A stretch of DNA of 64,000 bases from Candidatus Zhuqueibacterota bacterium (GCA_034505495.1 JAPDQV010000003.1:44240-108239), one strand, 5' to 3'. Positions 20,034-29,873 are shown, numbered from the stretch's first letter. A program made the numbers and translations. Notes: a model not told the origin generated them from the letters alone.

Positions 20034-20949
20034 AGTGTTGGTGCTCGTCGGCCCGACGGCTGTCGGTAAAACTGCTCTTTCGCTGCTCGTTGCGGAGCAG
20101 GTCGGAGCCGAGATCGTTTCGGCCGACTCGCGCCAAGTCTACTGCCATATGGACATTGGCACGGCCAAGCCCACTCCGGAAGAACGTCGACGCGTGCCGC
20201 ACCATTTTATCGATGTGCGCTCACCGGCCGACTATTACAGCGCCGGCGAATACGGCAGAGAAGCGAGGGCGTGCATCGAGAAATTGCTGGCTGACGGCCG
20301 ACCCGTCATGATCGTCGGCGGCTCGGGATTTTATCTCCACGCGCTGATCGACGGACTCTTTGCGCCGCCCCTTTCGGATCCGCAGATCAAAGAGCTTTGG
20401 CGACGGCGCATTGCCGAGGAAGGCAAGGAGGCGGTCTTTGATTTTCTTCGACGCATCGATCCAATGACGGCCGCTCGCCTGCATTGCAACGATACGCAGC
20501 GGGTGGTGCGCGCCTTGGAGGTCTATTCCTTGACCGGTCGTCCGATTTCCGCTTGGCAAAAGGGTGAAGAAGAACCGGCAAGTTTTCCGACCTTTTGGAT
20601 TGGGCTGACGAGGTCTCGCGAACAATTGTACAAGCGAATCGAGCAGCGCGTGGACGAAATGATTGCCGCCGGCTTGGTGGAAGAAGCCGAGTCGTTGCTG
20701 CAGATGGGCTTTTCGCCGGACCTCAATTCGCTGAGGACCGTGGGATACCAGGAGGCCTTTGCCTTTTTGGCCGGAAAAATGAGCCGTGAGGAGATGATCC
20801 GACAAATCAAACTCGAAACGCGACGCTATGCCAAGCGGCAATTGACCTGGTTTCGTCGTGATGACCGCATTCTTTGGATTGACCTCGATCAAAGAGAAAC
20901 CGAAGAGGCGGCACAGGAGATCCTTCAGATTTGGCGGAATGAACCGTAA
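20008..20949 (+). CDS. miaA: tRNA dimethylallyltransferase
   Basis: P-loop GPTAVGKT and SADSRQVY signature. Start ambiguous (TTG 20008 or GVG downstream). Confidence 0.88.
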   Translation: MTAVSNVHKVLVLVGPTAVGKTALSLLVAEQVGAEIVSADSRQVYCHMDIGTAKPTPEERRRVPHHFIDVRSPADYYSAGEYGREARACIEKLLADGRPVMIVGGSGFYLHALIDGLFAPPLSDPQIKELWRRRIAEEGKEAVFDFLRRIDPMTAARLHCNDTQRVVRALEVYSLTGRPISAWQKGEEEPASFPTFWIGLTRSREQLYKRIEQRVDEMIAAGLVEEAESLLQMGFSPDLNSLRTVGYQEAFAFLAGKMSREEMIRQIKLETRRYAKRQLTWFRRDDRILWIDLDQRETEEAAQEILQIWRNEP

Positions 20950-20989
20950 AGGCGCCGATGTTGCTGTTCAGGTTGGTGGGAGTAAAATC

Positions 20990-21739
20990 ATGCACAAAAG
21001 AACAATTTCACTGTTGAGCGTATTTTTTGCGGCAGCTTTTCACTTAGAGCTTTTTGCGTCAGACATTTTCTTCAGACAGCAGATTCGGCAGGAGGCCGTC
21101 ACTCCTTCAGGGCAGATCCGAACGACAGTTGAAGATACGGCCGTTGTATGGTTGACCGGCGGAAGAGCCTCGATCAACAGCCGCGAATACAAAACCGTGC
21201 TTGATTGGCAAAAAAAGCTGCTTCTGATTGCCGATCATAGAAAAAAGACCATCGTACAGATTTCGCTCGATTTCGACAGGCCGATCGAACAGGCGGCTGC
21301 GGGAATGAGTCCCCAGGAACGCGCAGAATTCCAAAGAATGATGGGGCAGACGGCCGACCTTCGGGTTTCTGTACAAGCGATAAACGAGCGCAGAACGATC
21401 GGTCGATGGGAATGCCGCAAATATGTGCAAACCTTAGAATCGGGCGCGACCAAAATCAATACGGAGATTTGGGCGACGCAGGACATAGCGGCGGATGAAC
21501 AGCTCTACGCCATCTATTCTGCGGCACTTTTCGCACAGATTCCCGGCGTCGGGCCTAATTTAAAGTCCGTGATGGAGGAGATGAAAAAGATCAAGGGCGT
21601 TTACGTTTTGCTGCTGCAGCAGAGGGAGATGATAGGCCAAACCTCTACGAGCCGCATTGAGCTTTTGGAATATCGTGAGGCTGCCGCGCCGGCCGATGCG
21701 TTTGCCATGCCGGCCGATTATCGGAAGCAGGCGCTTTGA
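20990..21739 (+). CDS. hypothetical secreted protein
   Basis: Signal peptide from the ATG at 20990 after a GGTGGGAG RBS. No confident domain call. Confidence 0.5.
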   Translation: MHKRTISLLSVFFAAAFHLELFASDIFFRQQIRQEAVTPSGQIRTTVEDTAVVWLTGGRASINSREYKTVLDWQKKLLLIADHRKKTIVQISLDFDRPIEQAAAGMSPQERAEFQRMMGQTADLRVSVQAINERRTIGRWECRKYVQTLESGATKINTEIWATQDIAADEQLYAIYSAALFAQIPGVGPNLKSVMEEMKKIKGVYVLLLQQREMIGQTSTSRIELLEYREAAAPADAFAMPADYRKQAL

Positions 21740-21743
21740 GGGG

Positions 21744-22487
21744 TCAGTTAGAGTTCTCCTCGTTTGCTTGTTCTTCGAGGCGACGAACATTCGGCGGGTT
21801 CCAGCCGACGACGGAGCGGCTGCGAATACGGGTCAAATAGGGAGAAAGAACGGTGCCGGGGAGAACGCGCACGTCGTCCTCGATTTTAATGGCGCCCATG
21901 CCGGTACCGGCGCCGATGATGCAGCGGTTTCCGATCTCGATCAGGCCGTAACGAAAGCGCCCTCCGCCTTCATAGGCATGAACGGTCAAGCGTGAAAAAG
22001 CGCCGATGAGCGTGTTGTCGCCGATAAAAATCAACTCCGGGCGAAAGTGATCCAGCCAAACGCCCTGCATGATTTCAGTGTTTTTGCCGATGTGCACGCC
22101 CATAAACCGAAGGAACTTGTTCTTCAGCGGGGTGCCCTTCATAATCAACGACAGAATAAGTTGAAGGAACAAAAGTATGCGGCGCGGAGTCGAAACGTTG
22201 AGCTTTCGCCAATTGATCGCGTTTTTCTCTTCCGGAAGGCCGAGACCGTGGAAAGTGTAGTGGCGTTTTACGGGCGTCAGAAACTGCTCGAGAGCGCGGC
22301 GGCCTTCAGGCGTACGCGGATCGAGATGGTCGACCGGCACCCCCTGGCCGCCCGAACTCTTTGAGATATAAATTTGGCGGCCTTTACGTCTTCCCAGCTT
22401 GACGGCGCGTAAGACCATTTCGGTCGTTACTTTACGCATGACCTCTTCGGGTGAAAGATCCCGAAAGCGTTTCATAACAGCCTCCAA
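21744..22487 (-). CDS. hexapeptide-repeat (left-handed beta-helix) acyltransferase-like protein
   Basis: C-terminal half has LbH repeats (IGDNTLIGAFSRLTVH..., IGNRCIIGAGTG...) resembling WcaF-type O-acetyltransferases. The N-terminal ~100 aa are unassigned. Confidence 0.6.
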   Translation of the reverse strand: MEAVMKRFRDLSPEEVMRKVTTEMVLRAVKLGRRKGRQIYISKSSGGQGVPVDHLDPRTPEGRRALEQFLTPVKRHYTFHGLGLPEEKNAINWRKLNVSTPRRILLFLQLILSLIMKGTPLKNKFLRFMGVHIGKNTEIMQGVWLDHFRPELIFIGDNTLIGAFSRLTVHAYEGGGRFRYGLIEIGNRCIIGAGTGMGAIKIEDDVRVLPGTVLSPYLTRIRSRSVVGWNPPNVRRLEEQANEENSN

Positions 22488-22518
22488 AACTCAATTCGAA
22501 CGTTACGGAGTCGGCTAT

Positions 22519-22728
22519 ATGACAATTAACGAGGTTGTCGCCAAACATCGCGATTTTTTTATGAAAATTCCCGGCATTACGGGAATCGGCGTCGGCAGGG
22601 AAGGGGAAAAGGAAGTCATTGTCGTGCTGGTTATCGAAAGCCGTCGACAATTGCTGCGCCGAATTCCTGGAGAGCTTGAGGGTTTTCCGGTTGTTATTCG
22701 CGAAAGCGGCGCAATCGAGGCTCTGTAA
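22519..22728 (+). CDS. small hypothetical protein (~69 aa)
   Basis: ATG after a GGAG RBS. The longer listed ORF from 22399 overlaps the upstream gene start and was trimmed. Confidence 0.35.
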   Translation: MTINEVVAKHRDFFMKIPGITGIGVGREGEKEVIVVLVIESRRQLLRRIPGELEGFPVVIRESGAIEAL

Positions 22729-22752
22729 ACCGCTGTCCGACCTGAAAAGCGT

Positions 22753-23277
22753 CTATTCGAGCGAAAGGATCCACTGCGCCGCTTCGGAAAGGCTGCACGC
22801 CGTAAAGTCTGCAGCTGATTCGCCGGTATCCTGAAGCAGACGCACGGTGCGGCATCCTGCGGCGTGTCCGGCCTGAACGTCCTCTTCTTTGTCGCCCACC
22901 ATAAACGACGCCTGCAGATTGATGCCGTACTCTTTGTGCGCCGTCAGCAGCATGATTGGCGACGGTTTACGGCAGCCGGAAATGGGGTTATTGGGGTCAT
23001 CCAGGCAGTAATAAACCGCAGTAAAAAGCTCGGGTCCGAGCAGATCAAGCGTTCTTTCGTTGACCAGCGTGACCTGTTCTTCGGTTATCAGGCCGCGGCC
23101 GACGCCCGACTGGTTGCTGATAATGAACAGGCAAAAGCCCGCCGCATGAAGCAGGCGACAGGCTTCCGCAGCGCCCGGCATGAGAGTCACTTTTTCCGGA
23201 TCGCCGTTGTAAGGCACGTTTACGATCAATGTGCCGTCGCGATCGAAAAAGACGGCTTTTTTCAGATATGCCTTCAT
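22753..23277 (-). CDS. gmhB: D-glycero-D-manno-heptose 1,7-bisphosphate phosphatase (HAD family)
   Basis: FFDRDGT HAD motif I and GmhB-like length (174 aa). ATG at 23277 overlaps the upstream stop (ATGA). The listed ORF extends further 5' only because no stop intervenes. Confidence 0.8.
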   Translation of the reverse strand: MKAYLKKAVFFDRDGTLIVNVPYNGDPEKVTLMPGAAEACRLLHAAGFCLFIISNQSGVGRGLITEEQVTLVNERTLDLLGPELFTAVYYCLDDPNNPISGCRKPSPIMLLTAHKEYGINLQASFMVGDKEEDVQAGHAAGCRTVRLLQDTGESAADFTACSLSEAAQWILSLE

Positions 23278-24284
23278 GTCCTGCCGACAAAAAGGGTACT
23301 GTTCGAGGCGAGCTCTGCTCGCAGCTCTTCCGGCGTGACCGTTGCCGTGCCGAGTTTGCCGACGACGATGCCCGCCGCGTGGTTTGCGATTTCCGCCGCC
23401 TCGACGGCTGAAAGGCCCGCTGCCAGCGCAGCGGTGACAAAGGCAATGACCGTATCGCCCGCGCCGGAAACATCGTAAACATCGCGGGCGCGCGTCGGCG
23501 TGTGATAAGGTTCGTTCGGCGGATCGAACAGCATCATCCCTTCCTCGCCCATCGTGATCAGAAGCAAAGAAACCCGCCACTTTTCCAAAAGCAGCCTGCC
23601 GACTTTGATCAGCTCTTCGTGTTCTTCGCTCTCAGGTAATCCCAACCACTGGAAAGCCTCTTTGCGGTTCGGCTTGACCAGCGTCACCCCCGACCAATCC
23701 AGAGGGTTGTTCGGATTCGGATCCACCGTAATGATGCGCATGTGCTCTTCCGCCAACGCCACGAGTCCGTCGAGCAGCGGCTGCGTGATAAAGCCTTTGC
23801 CGTAATCTTCGACGATGACGGCGTCGATCGAGGAAAACAGCGGCCTGATCCGTTCCAATACCGTCTCGACTTCTTCAGGCCGGATCAGCCGCCTTTTTTC
23901 GCGGTCGACACGCACCACCTGCTGATGTCTGGCGATGATCCGTGTTTTGACGATCGTGTGAAAATCATCCGCCTGAAAAACCGCTTCGTTCGAAATGTTG
24001 CTGCGTCCAAACAACTCGAGCAGTTTTTCGCCGGCCGCGTCGTTTCCCAACAACCCGCCGAGAGCGGTTCGGATGCCGAAATCCGCCAGATTTCTCGCCA
24101 CATTGGCTGCCCCGCCTGGATACCAGCTCTCGCCGGTCACCTGCACGACAGGCACCGGCGCCTCGGGGGATATGCGGTCTACCTTGCCCCAAATAAATTC
24201 GTCGAGCATGAGGTCGCCCAACACCAGAATGCGCTGCTTTTGTAACAAGCTGATGATTTCATCGATCCGCTGCAGAGAATCCAT
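23274..24284 (-). CDS. hldA: D-beta-D-heptose 7-phosphate kinase (HldE domain I / RfaE1, PfkB family)
   Basis: PfkB carbohydrate kinase with DVSGAGDT motif; sequence resembles the HldE kinase domain from memory. Translationally coupled to gmhB. Confidence 0.8.
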   Translation of the reverse strand: MDSLQRIDEIISLLQKQRILVLGDLMLDEFIWGKVDRISPEAPVPVVQVTGESWYPGGAANVARNLADFGIRTALGGLLGNDAAGEKLLELFGRSNISNEAVFQADDFHTIVKTRIIARHQQVVRVDREKRRLIRPEEVETVLERIRPLFSSIDAVIVEDYGKGFITQPLLDGLVALAEEHMRIITVDPNPNNPLDWSGVTLVKPNRKEAFQWLGLPESEEHEELIKVGRLLLEKWRVSLLLITMGEEGMMLFDPPNEPYHTPTRARDVYDVSGAGDTVIAFVTAALAAGLSAVEAAEIANHAAGIVVGKLGTATVTPEELRAELASNSTLFVGRT

Positions 24285-24365
24285 CGGTTATCCTTCAGTC
24301 TTTACTCGCGCCAAAGAGCTTGCATAATTTACAAAGAATGCTTATTTTTTCAATCAGAATATCGA

Positions 24366-24540
24366 CCAAATAGAGGCGCCCGACGCAAAAGTATTCTTTT
24401 GGAGAAGCGACGGCTTTGACGAAGAAAGAAGAAAGGGCGAAGGGCCGAAACGATGCAGATCCGTCGACTGCGTCGTTGGGCCGGCATGTGAATAACTGCC
24501 GGACTGTCACGGGCAAAGAAGGTTCGTGGAGCGCTATTTG
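24366..24540 (+). ncRNA. lysine riboswitch (L-box) in the lysC leader
   Basis: P1 helix ccaaatag (24366-24373) pairs with ctatttgg (24533-24540). Conserved L-box elements are present: AGAGGCGC at 24371, GAAGGGCCGAAAC, CUGUCA and GGAGCGCUA. Lies 143 nt upstream of aspartokinase. Confidence 0.75.
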
Positions 24541-24682
24541 GCTGATCGCTTATGCTGCACATGAGCTGATGCAGTCAAAAAGGCTTCCCTTCTTGCGGGC
24601 GGCCATTTTTTTTATCAGCCCGTAACCTGGTTTATTTCCACGTGCCAAACTGCCAATCGATTTAGGAAAGGAAGGGAACAAC

Positions 24683-26065
24683 ATGCTGGTAATGAAATTC
24701 GGCGGCACTTCCGTCGGCAATGCGGCTGCCATGCAAAGAGTCTGTTCGATCATCGCCGGACGTTCGGCGCAAAAGCCGGTCGTCGTTACTTCCGCGGTCG
24801 GCGGTGTGACCAATAAGCTGGTTCGCCTGGCCAAGTTGGCGGGGCAAGGCGAACGAAAAGATGCCGAATCACTTTTGGAAGAAATTATAGTCCAGCACCG
24901 AACCATCGCCGAGGAACTTGATCTGTTTACCGATCAAGTTTTTGCAGCCGCTTTCCAACAGGCGGAAATTTTGCTGCGCGATGCGGTCGCCCGCGTATTT
25001 ACCGACGGCAGACTCATTGATGAATCCTATGACGCCGTCATCAGCACCGGTGAATTCTTTACCGCCAACATGCTGCCGGCAGTGCTCCGAAAGAACGGTC
25101 TTGCCGCCGTTTTTGCCGATGCCCGCGCAATGATGATGACCGACGACCACTTTGGAGCGGCGCGGCCGTTGCTCGAGGAATCGACGCCCCGCGCCCGCAG
25201 CATACTGGTGCCGCTTGTAGAAAGCGGCAAAATTCCTGTAACCCAAGGCTTTGTCGGTTCAACGCTCGACGGCCGCACCACGACTTTAGGGCGCGGCGGC
25301 TCCGACTATTCGGCTACCCTTTTCGGCGCCATGCTGCAGGTAGGGCTTGTGGAAATATGGTCGGACGTCGACGGCGTACTCACTGCCGACCCCTCTTTGG
25401 TCCCCGATGCCCATCGTATCCGCTACATGAGCTTTCAGGAAGCGGCAGAATTGGCCTATTTCGGCGCCAGAGTCCTTCATCCCGCAACATTGGCACCCGC
25501 CGTAGAGCGCGACATGACGGTCAAGGTGCTCAATTCGATGAATCCATCCTTCGACGGTACGGCCATCTCCAAGCATCGGCCTGTAGACGCGCTTCACGAA
25601 GGCCGCGTAAAGTCCATTGCCTATAAGGAAGGACTCACGGTGATTACCGTCATTTCGGACCGCATGCTCATGGCGTACGGCTTTATGGCCAAGGTCTTTT
25701 CGGTTTTTGAAAAGTACGAAACGTCGGTCGATTTGGTCGCCACTTCTGAGGTCAGCGTATCGATGACGATCGACAACACCCGGCGCCTCGAAGAGATTGT
25801 CGCCGAGCTCACGCAAATCGGCAGCGTGCAGGTAGAAAAAGGAAAAGCGATCGTCTGCCTGGTCGGCGACGGTCTCAAAAAAGCCAAGGGAATACCCGGC
25901 CAGGTTTTCGGTCTTTTACAGGATACGCGTATTTCGTTGATTTCGCAGGGCGCTTCGGAAATCAATCTGAGTTTTGTCATCGACGAAGATGACTTAAAGC
26001 GCGTGGTGCCTCGGCTGCATGATTATTTTTTCCAAGGTGAATTGGATCCAAGGGTCTTTGCATGA
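24683..26065 (+). CDS. lysC: aspartate kinase (monofunctional, lysine-regulated)
   Basis: KFGGTSV N-terminus, amino-acid kinase domain and C-terminal ACT domains. Confidence 0.9.
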   Translation: MLVMKFGGTSVGNAAAMQRVCSIIAGRSAQKPVVVTSAVGGVTNKLVRLAKLAGQGERKDAESLLEEIIVQHRTIAEELDLFTDQVFAAAFQQAEILLRDAVARVFTDGRLIDESYDAVISTGEFFTANMLPAVLRKNGLAAVFADARAMMMTDDHFGAARPLLEESTPRARSILVPLVESGKIPVTQGFVGSTLDGRTTTLGRGGSDYSATLFGAMLQVGLVEIWSDVDGVLTADPSLVPDAHRIRYMSFQEAAELAYFGARVLHPATLAPAVERDMTVKVLNSMNPSFDGTAISKHRPVDALHEGRVKSIAYKEGLTVITVISDRMLMAYGFMAKVFSVFEKYETSVDLVATSEVSVSMTIDNTRRLEEIVAELTQIGSVQVEKGKAIVCLVGDGLKKAKGIPGQVFGLLQDTRISLISQGASEINLSFVIDEDDLKRVVPRLHDYFFQGELDPRVFA

Positions 26066-26072
26066 GGTGAAT

Positions 26073-26804
26073 ATGAACATCGCCATTTTGGGGTACGGGC
26101 GCATGGGCAAAGAGGTCGAACGCCAGGCGGCCCTGCGCGGCCATCGTATCACGGCAGTTTTCGATGTCAACGACCATTTCAGCCGCGACAGCGACTGCCG
26201 CGGCGCCGAAGTGCTGATCAGCTTTGTCACGGCGGATGCTGTAATCGATAATGCCCGTGCGGCTGCGCTGCTCGGACTCCCGCTCGTCGAAGGAACTACC
26301 GGATGGTATGATCGTATGGAGGAGGTGCGCGCCATTCCTGACCTGACCATGCTCTACAGTCCCAACTTTTCCATCGGCGTCTATCTGTTTACCTTGATCG
26401 TCGGACGGACTGCGCAACTGTTGGCGAACACTTGCGCGTATGACTGTTTCATTCATGAAATTCACCATCGCGGCAAAGCCGACAGTCCAAGCGGTACGGC
26501 GAAAAAGCTTGCCGAAGTGGTTCTAAAGAATTTTCCGGACAAGAAAAAAGTCCTCGCCGAGACCAGCCGCGGCGTCATTGATCCTGAAGCGCTTCATGTC
26601 ACTTCATCGCGTGCCGGTCGAGTGCCCGGAACCCACATGGTATGCTTTGATTCGGATGCCGATGAGATTTTGCTGCAGCATACGGCCCACGGACGCGAGG
26701 GCTTTGCATTGGGCGCGGTTCGCGCCGCCGAATGGCTGGTGGGACGCAAAGGCATTTTCACGATGGATGATTTTATGAACGACATTGCCCCATTGGGCAA
26801 ATGA
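26073..26804 (+). CDS. dapB: 4-hydroxy-tetrahydrodipicolinate reductase
   Basis: MNIAILGYGRMGK Rossmann N-terminus and DapB core. ATG at 26073 after a GAGGTGA RBS. Confidence 0.85.
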   Translation: MNIAILGYGRMGKEVERQAALRGHRITAVFDVNDHFSRDSDCRGAEVLISFVTADAVIDNARAAALLGLPLVEGTTGWYDRMEEVRAIPDLTMLYSPNFSIGVYLFTLIVGRTAQLLANTCAYDCFIHEIHHRGKADSPSGTAKKLAEVVLKNFPDKKKVLAETSRGVIDPEALHVTSSRAGRVPGTHMVCFDSDADEILLQHTAHGREGFALGAVRAAEWLVGRKGIFTMDDFMNDIAPLGK

Positions 26805-26840
26805 GTCTGAAAAACGATTTTCAACCATGCGAGGTAAGCC

Positions 26841-27737
26841 ATGAGCAAAGAGAGCAGCCATTTCCGCGGCGTTACCGTGGCGCTGATTACGCCCTTCAAA
26901 AGCGATTTTTCGGTGGATGAGGCGCGACTGCGGCGCCTGGTCGATTGGCACATCGAGCAGGGGACCGACGTTATTCTCGCCTGCGGCACTACGGGCGAGA
27001 GCGCTACCTTGAGTCATGAAGAGCATCGACGGGTGATCGACATCGTCATCGAGCAGGCGGCAAAACGAATTCCGGTACTGGCGGGTGCCGGCAGCAATTG
27101 CACGGACGAAGCCGTTTCGCTCACCGTACATGCAGAACAATCCGGCGCCGACGGCATCCTCTCCGTCGCCCCCTACTACAACAAGCCGACACAACGCGGT
27201 CTGTACGAACACTTTAAAGCGATTGCACAGGCAACCAAACTGCCGGTGATTCTTTACAACGTGCCGGGCCGCACGAGCAGCAATATTGCCGCGGAAACGG
27301 TGCTGCAGCTTGCAGAAATCCCGAACATCGTCGGCATAAAAGAGGCGAGCGGTAATTTTTCGCAGATCATGGAGATCTTGCGCCGCAGACCGCAGGGATT
27401 TCTGGTCCTCTCCGGCGATGATGCTTTGACGCTGCCGATGATGGCGCTCGGCGCCGAGGGCGTCGTTTCCGTCGTTGCCAATGAAGCGCCTGCCATGATG
27501 AAGCAGATGGTTCTTGCAGCGGCAAACGGTGATTGGGATTCCGCACGCGCCCTGCATTTTAAATTGTTACCGCTCATGGAAGCAAATTTTTGGGAGAGCA
27601 ATCCCATTCCGGTCAAAGCTGCCTGCGCCATGATGGGTTTGGCGGAAGACGTGCTGCGGCTGCCTTTGGTGCCGATGAGCGAGGCCAACCGCGAAAAATT
27701 GCGGCGGCTGCTGCTCGAACTCGGTCTGATCTCATGA
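26841..27737 (+). CDS. dapA: 4-hydroxy-tetrahydrodipicolinate synthase
   Basis: DapA family with GTTGES motif and Schiff-base lysine region. Confidence 0.9.
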   Translation: MSKESSHFRGVTVALITPFKSDFSVDEARLRRLVDWHIEQGTDVILACGTTGESATLSHEEHRRVIDIVIEQAAKRIPVLAGAGSNCTDEAVSLTVHAEQSGADGILSVAPYYNKPTQRGLYEHFKAIAQATKLPVILYNVPGRTSSNIAAETVLQLAEIPNIVGIKEASGNFSQIMEILRRRPQGFLVLSGDDALTLPMMALGAEGVVSVVANEAPAMMKQMVLAAANGDWDSARALHFKLLPLMEANFWESNPIPVKAACAMMGLAEDVLRLPLVPMSEANREKLRRLLLELGLIS

Positions 27738-27756
27738 CCCGCGGAAAGGAGAAAAG

Positions 27757-28605
27757 TTGAAATTTTTCAAATACCACGGATTAGGGAACGACTATCTTGT
27801 GCTGGATCCCGCTCAAGTCGGCCGTGAGTTGACGCCGTCCGAAGTTCGCTTAATCTGCCATCGCAATTACGGCCTCGGGTCGGACGGCATTCTCTGGGGC
27901 CCCCTGCCGAGCGGACGCGCCGAATTCGGCCTGCGCATTTTCAATCCGGACGGCAGCGAGGCGGAAAAGTCCGGCAATGGTCTGCGCATTTTCAGCCGCT
28001 TCCTTTACGACAGCGGCTTGGTTAAGGATCAGCCTTTTCGGCTGGACACGCTCGGCGGCGTGGTCTGTGCGCAGGTATTGGAGAACGGGAGGATGGTTCA
28101 GGTCGAAATGGGACGGGTAACGTTCGACAGCCGCGAAATCCCGGTCACCGGTCCGCCGCGTGAAGTTCTCAACGAAACAATGACGATTAAAGACCGAGAA
28201 TTCCGCTTTTGCGCCGCTTCCATCGGCAATCCGCACTGCGTTCTGCCTTTACAGGAGGTGTCGGAAGAACTGGCGCGCACCTACGGCCCGCTCATTGAAA
28301 CAAACGAGCGTTTTCCGAACCGAACCAATGTGCAGTTTATGCAGGTCCTCGACCGCGGCAACATCCGCATCGAGATTTGGGAGCGGGGCGCCGGCTATAC
28401 CTTGGCCTCCGGAAGCTCGAGCTGCGCCGCTGCCGCCGTCGCAAGAAGGCTCGGCTTGGTCGACTCCCAAGTTACCGTACACATGCCGGGAGGACAGCTC
28501 AAAATTTCCATTGGAGAAGATTTCAGCATCAATATGACCGGCCCTGTGGTGCGCGTGGGGCAAGGTGAAATCGATGCGGAAGCGTTTGCCGTGACCGTAG
28601 ATTGA
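27757..28605 (+). CDS. dapF: diaminopimelate epimerase
   Basis: HGLGNDY N-terminal motif and two catalytic Cys (NPHC..., GSSSC). Confidence 0.88.
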   Translation: MKFFKYHGLGNDYLVLDPAQVGRELTPSEVRLICHRNYGLGSDGILWGPLPSGRAEFGLRIFNPDGSEAEKSGNGLRIFSRFLYDSGLVKDQPFRLDTLGGVVCAQVLENGRMVQVEMGRVTFDSREIPVTGPPREVLNETMTIKDREFRFCAASIGNPHCVLPLQEVSEELARTYGPLIETNERFPNRTNVQFMQVLDRGNIRIEIWERGAGYTLASGSSSCAAAAVARRLGLVDSQVTVHMPGGQLKISIGEDFSINMTGPVVRVGQGEIDAEAFAVTVD

Positions 28606-28615
28606 GGATACACTT

Positions 28616-29851
28616 ATGGCCAAACTAAACCGGAATTACGATCAGCTCGCAGCGGGATACCTTTTCCCCGAGATCGCCAGAAGGGTGCGCGCTTTTGCTG
28701 CCGAACACCCGAACGTAAAGATCATGAGACTGGGCATCGGCAACACCACCGAACCCTTGACGCCGACGGTGGTCAAAGCGCTTCATTACGGTGTCGAGCG
28801 CCTTGCCCATCGGGAAACCTATCGCGGTTACGCTGACGATTCAACCGGCGAACCGGAGATGAAAAAGGCGCTGCAGGAGTTTTACCGAAGAAGGGGTATT
28901 GAACTCGACCTTTCGGAGATCTTTGTTTCCGACGGTGCTAAACCGGATTCCGGCAACATCCAGAGCATCTTTGGGCCCGACAACGTCGTTGCCGTTCAAG
29001 ATCCTGCCTATCCGGTCTATGTCGATTCGAATGTGATCGCCGGACGCAGCAGCGGCTATGACGCGCAAAAAGGACTCTATAAGGGCTTCATCTACATGCC
29101 TTGTACGGCGGAGAACGAGTTCTTTCCCGATCTCCCCAAACAAAAGGTGGATTTAATCTATCTCTGCAGTCCGAACAACCCCACCGGCGCAGTAGCGCGA
29201 AAAGAGCAGTTGTCCCGCTTTGTCGATTATGCGCGCGCCGAAAAAGCCGTGATTATCTTTGACGCCGCCTATTCGGCCTTTATTCGCGATCCGAATCTGC
29301 CGCATTCCATCTATGAAATTCCCGGCGCCAAAGAGTGCGCCATCGAGATCAACAGCTTTTCGAAAATTGCCGGCTTTACCGGCGTACGCCTCGGATGGAG
29401 TATCGTTCCCAGGGATTTGCTCACAGAAGACGCGCCCGCCGGCAAGGCGAACGCGTTGTGGACGCGGCGGCAGAATACGTTTTTCAACGGCGCTTCCAAT
29501 ATCGTTCAGTGGGGCGGCATTGCCGCACTTTCCGAGGAGGGGTGGAAAGAGTGTTTGGCGCTGGCGGACTATTATCTGTACAATGCGCACCTCATCAAAA
29601 CCGGACTGCAGGAGATCGGCTTTATATGCTACGGCGGCGATAATGCTCCCTATGTCTGGGTCAAGACGCCTAACGGTCTCAGCTCATGGGAATTTTTCGA
29701 CGTTTTGCTGCATCAGGCGCATGTCGTCGGAACGCCGGGCGCCGGTTTCGGCCCCAGCGGTGAAGGCTATCTGCGTTTAAGCGCCTTCGGCCACCGAGAA
29801 GACGTCGAAGAAGCCGTGGAAAGCATCCGGAAAAACATTCGATTGAACTGA
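28616..29851 (+). CDS. dapL: LL-diaminopimelate aminotransferase
   Basis: 411 aa class-I aminotransferase. Sequence resembles the DapL family from memory (N-terminal LAAGYLFPEI, PLP-lysine context SFSKIAGFTGVRLGW). Confidence 0.85.
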   Translation: MAKLNRNYDQLAAGYLFPEIARRVRAFAAEHPNVKIMRLGIGNTTEPLTPTVVKALHYGVERLAHRETYRGYADDSTGEPEMKKALQEFYRRRGIELDLSEIFVSDGAKPDSGNIQSIFGPDNVVAVQDPAYPVYVDSNVIAGRSSGYDAQKGLYKGFIYMPCTAENEFFPDLPKQKVDLIYLCSPNNPTGAVARKEQLSRFVDYARAEKAVIIFDAAYSAFIRDPNLPHSIYEIPGAKECAIEINSFSKIAGFTGVRLGWSIVPRDLLTEDAPAGKANALWTRRQNTFFNGASNIVQWGGIAALSEEGWKECLALADYYLYNAHLIKTGLQEIGFICYGGDNAPYVWVKTPNGLSSWEFFDVLLHQAHVVGTPGAGFGPSGEGYLRLSAFGHREDVEEAVESIRKNIRLN

Positions 29852-29873
29852 CGAGGAAACCAGCGGAAACGAA

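Noticed and set aside
20858-20989. N-terminal extension of the secreted hypothetical protein (start at 20858)
   Set aside because: Overlaps the miaA 3' end. The internal ATG at 20990 has a GGTGGGAG RBS and yields a clean signal peptide.
22753-23580. Listed 275-aa ORF extending gmhB far upstream (Arg/Gly/Cys-rich N-terminus)
   Set aside because: The HAD domain starts at MKAYLKK (ATG at 23277), which overlaps the hldE-kinase stop. The extension lies entirely inside that upstream gene in another frame.
24541-24625. Clear intrinsic terminator for the lysine riboswitch expression platform
   Set aside because: A T8 run at 24606-24613 exists but lies inside the loop of the only obvious stem (cgggc...gcccg). 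The regulatory mechanism (transcriptional versus translational) could not be decided by eye.
26019-26072. Upstream start for dapB overlapping the lysC 3' end
   Set aside because: DapB homology begins at MNIAILGYGRMGK (26073) with a proper RBS.
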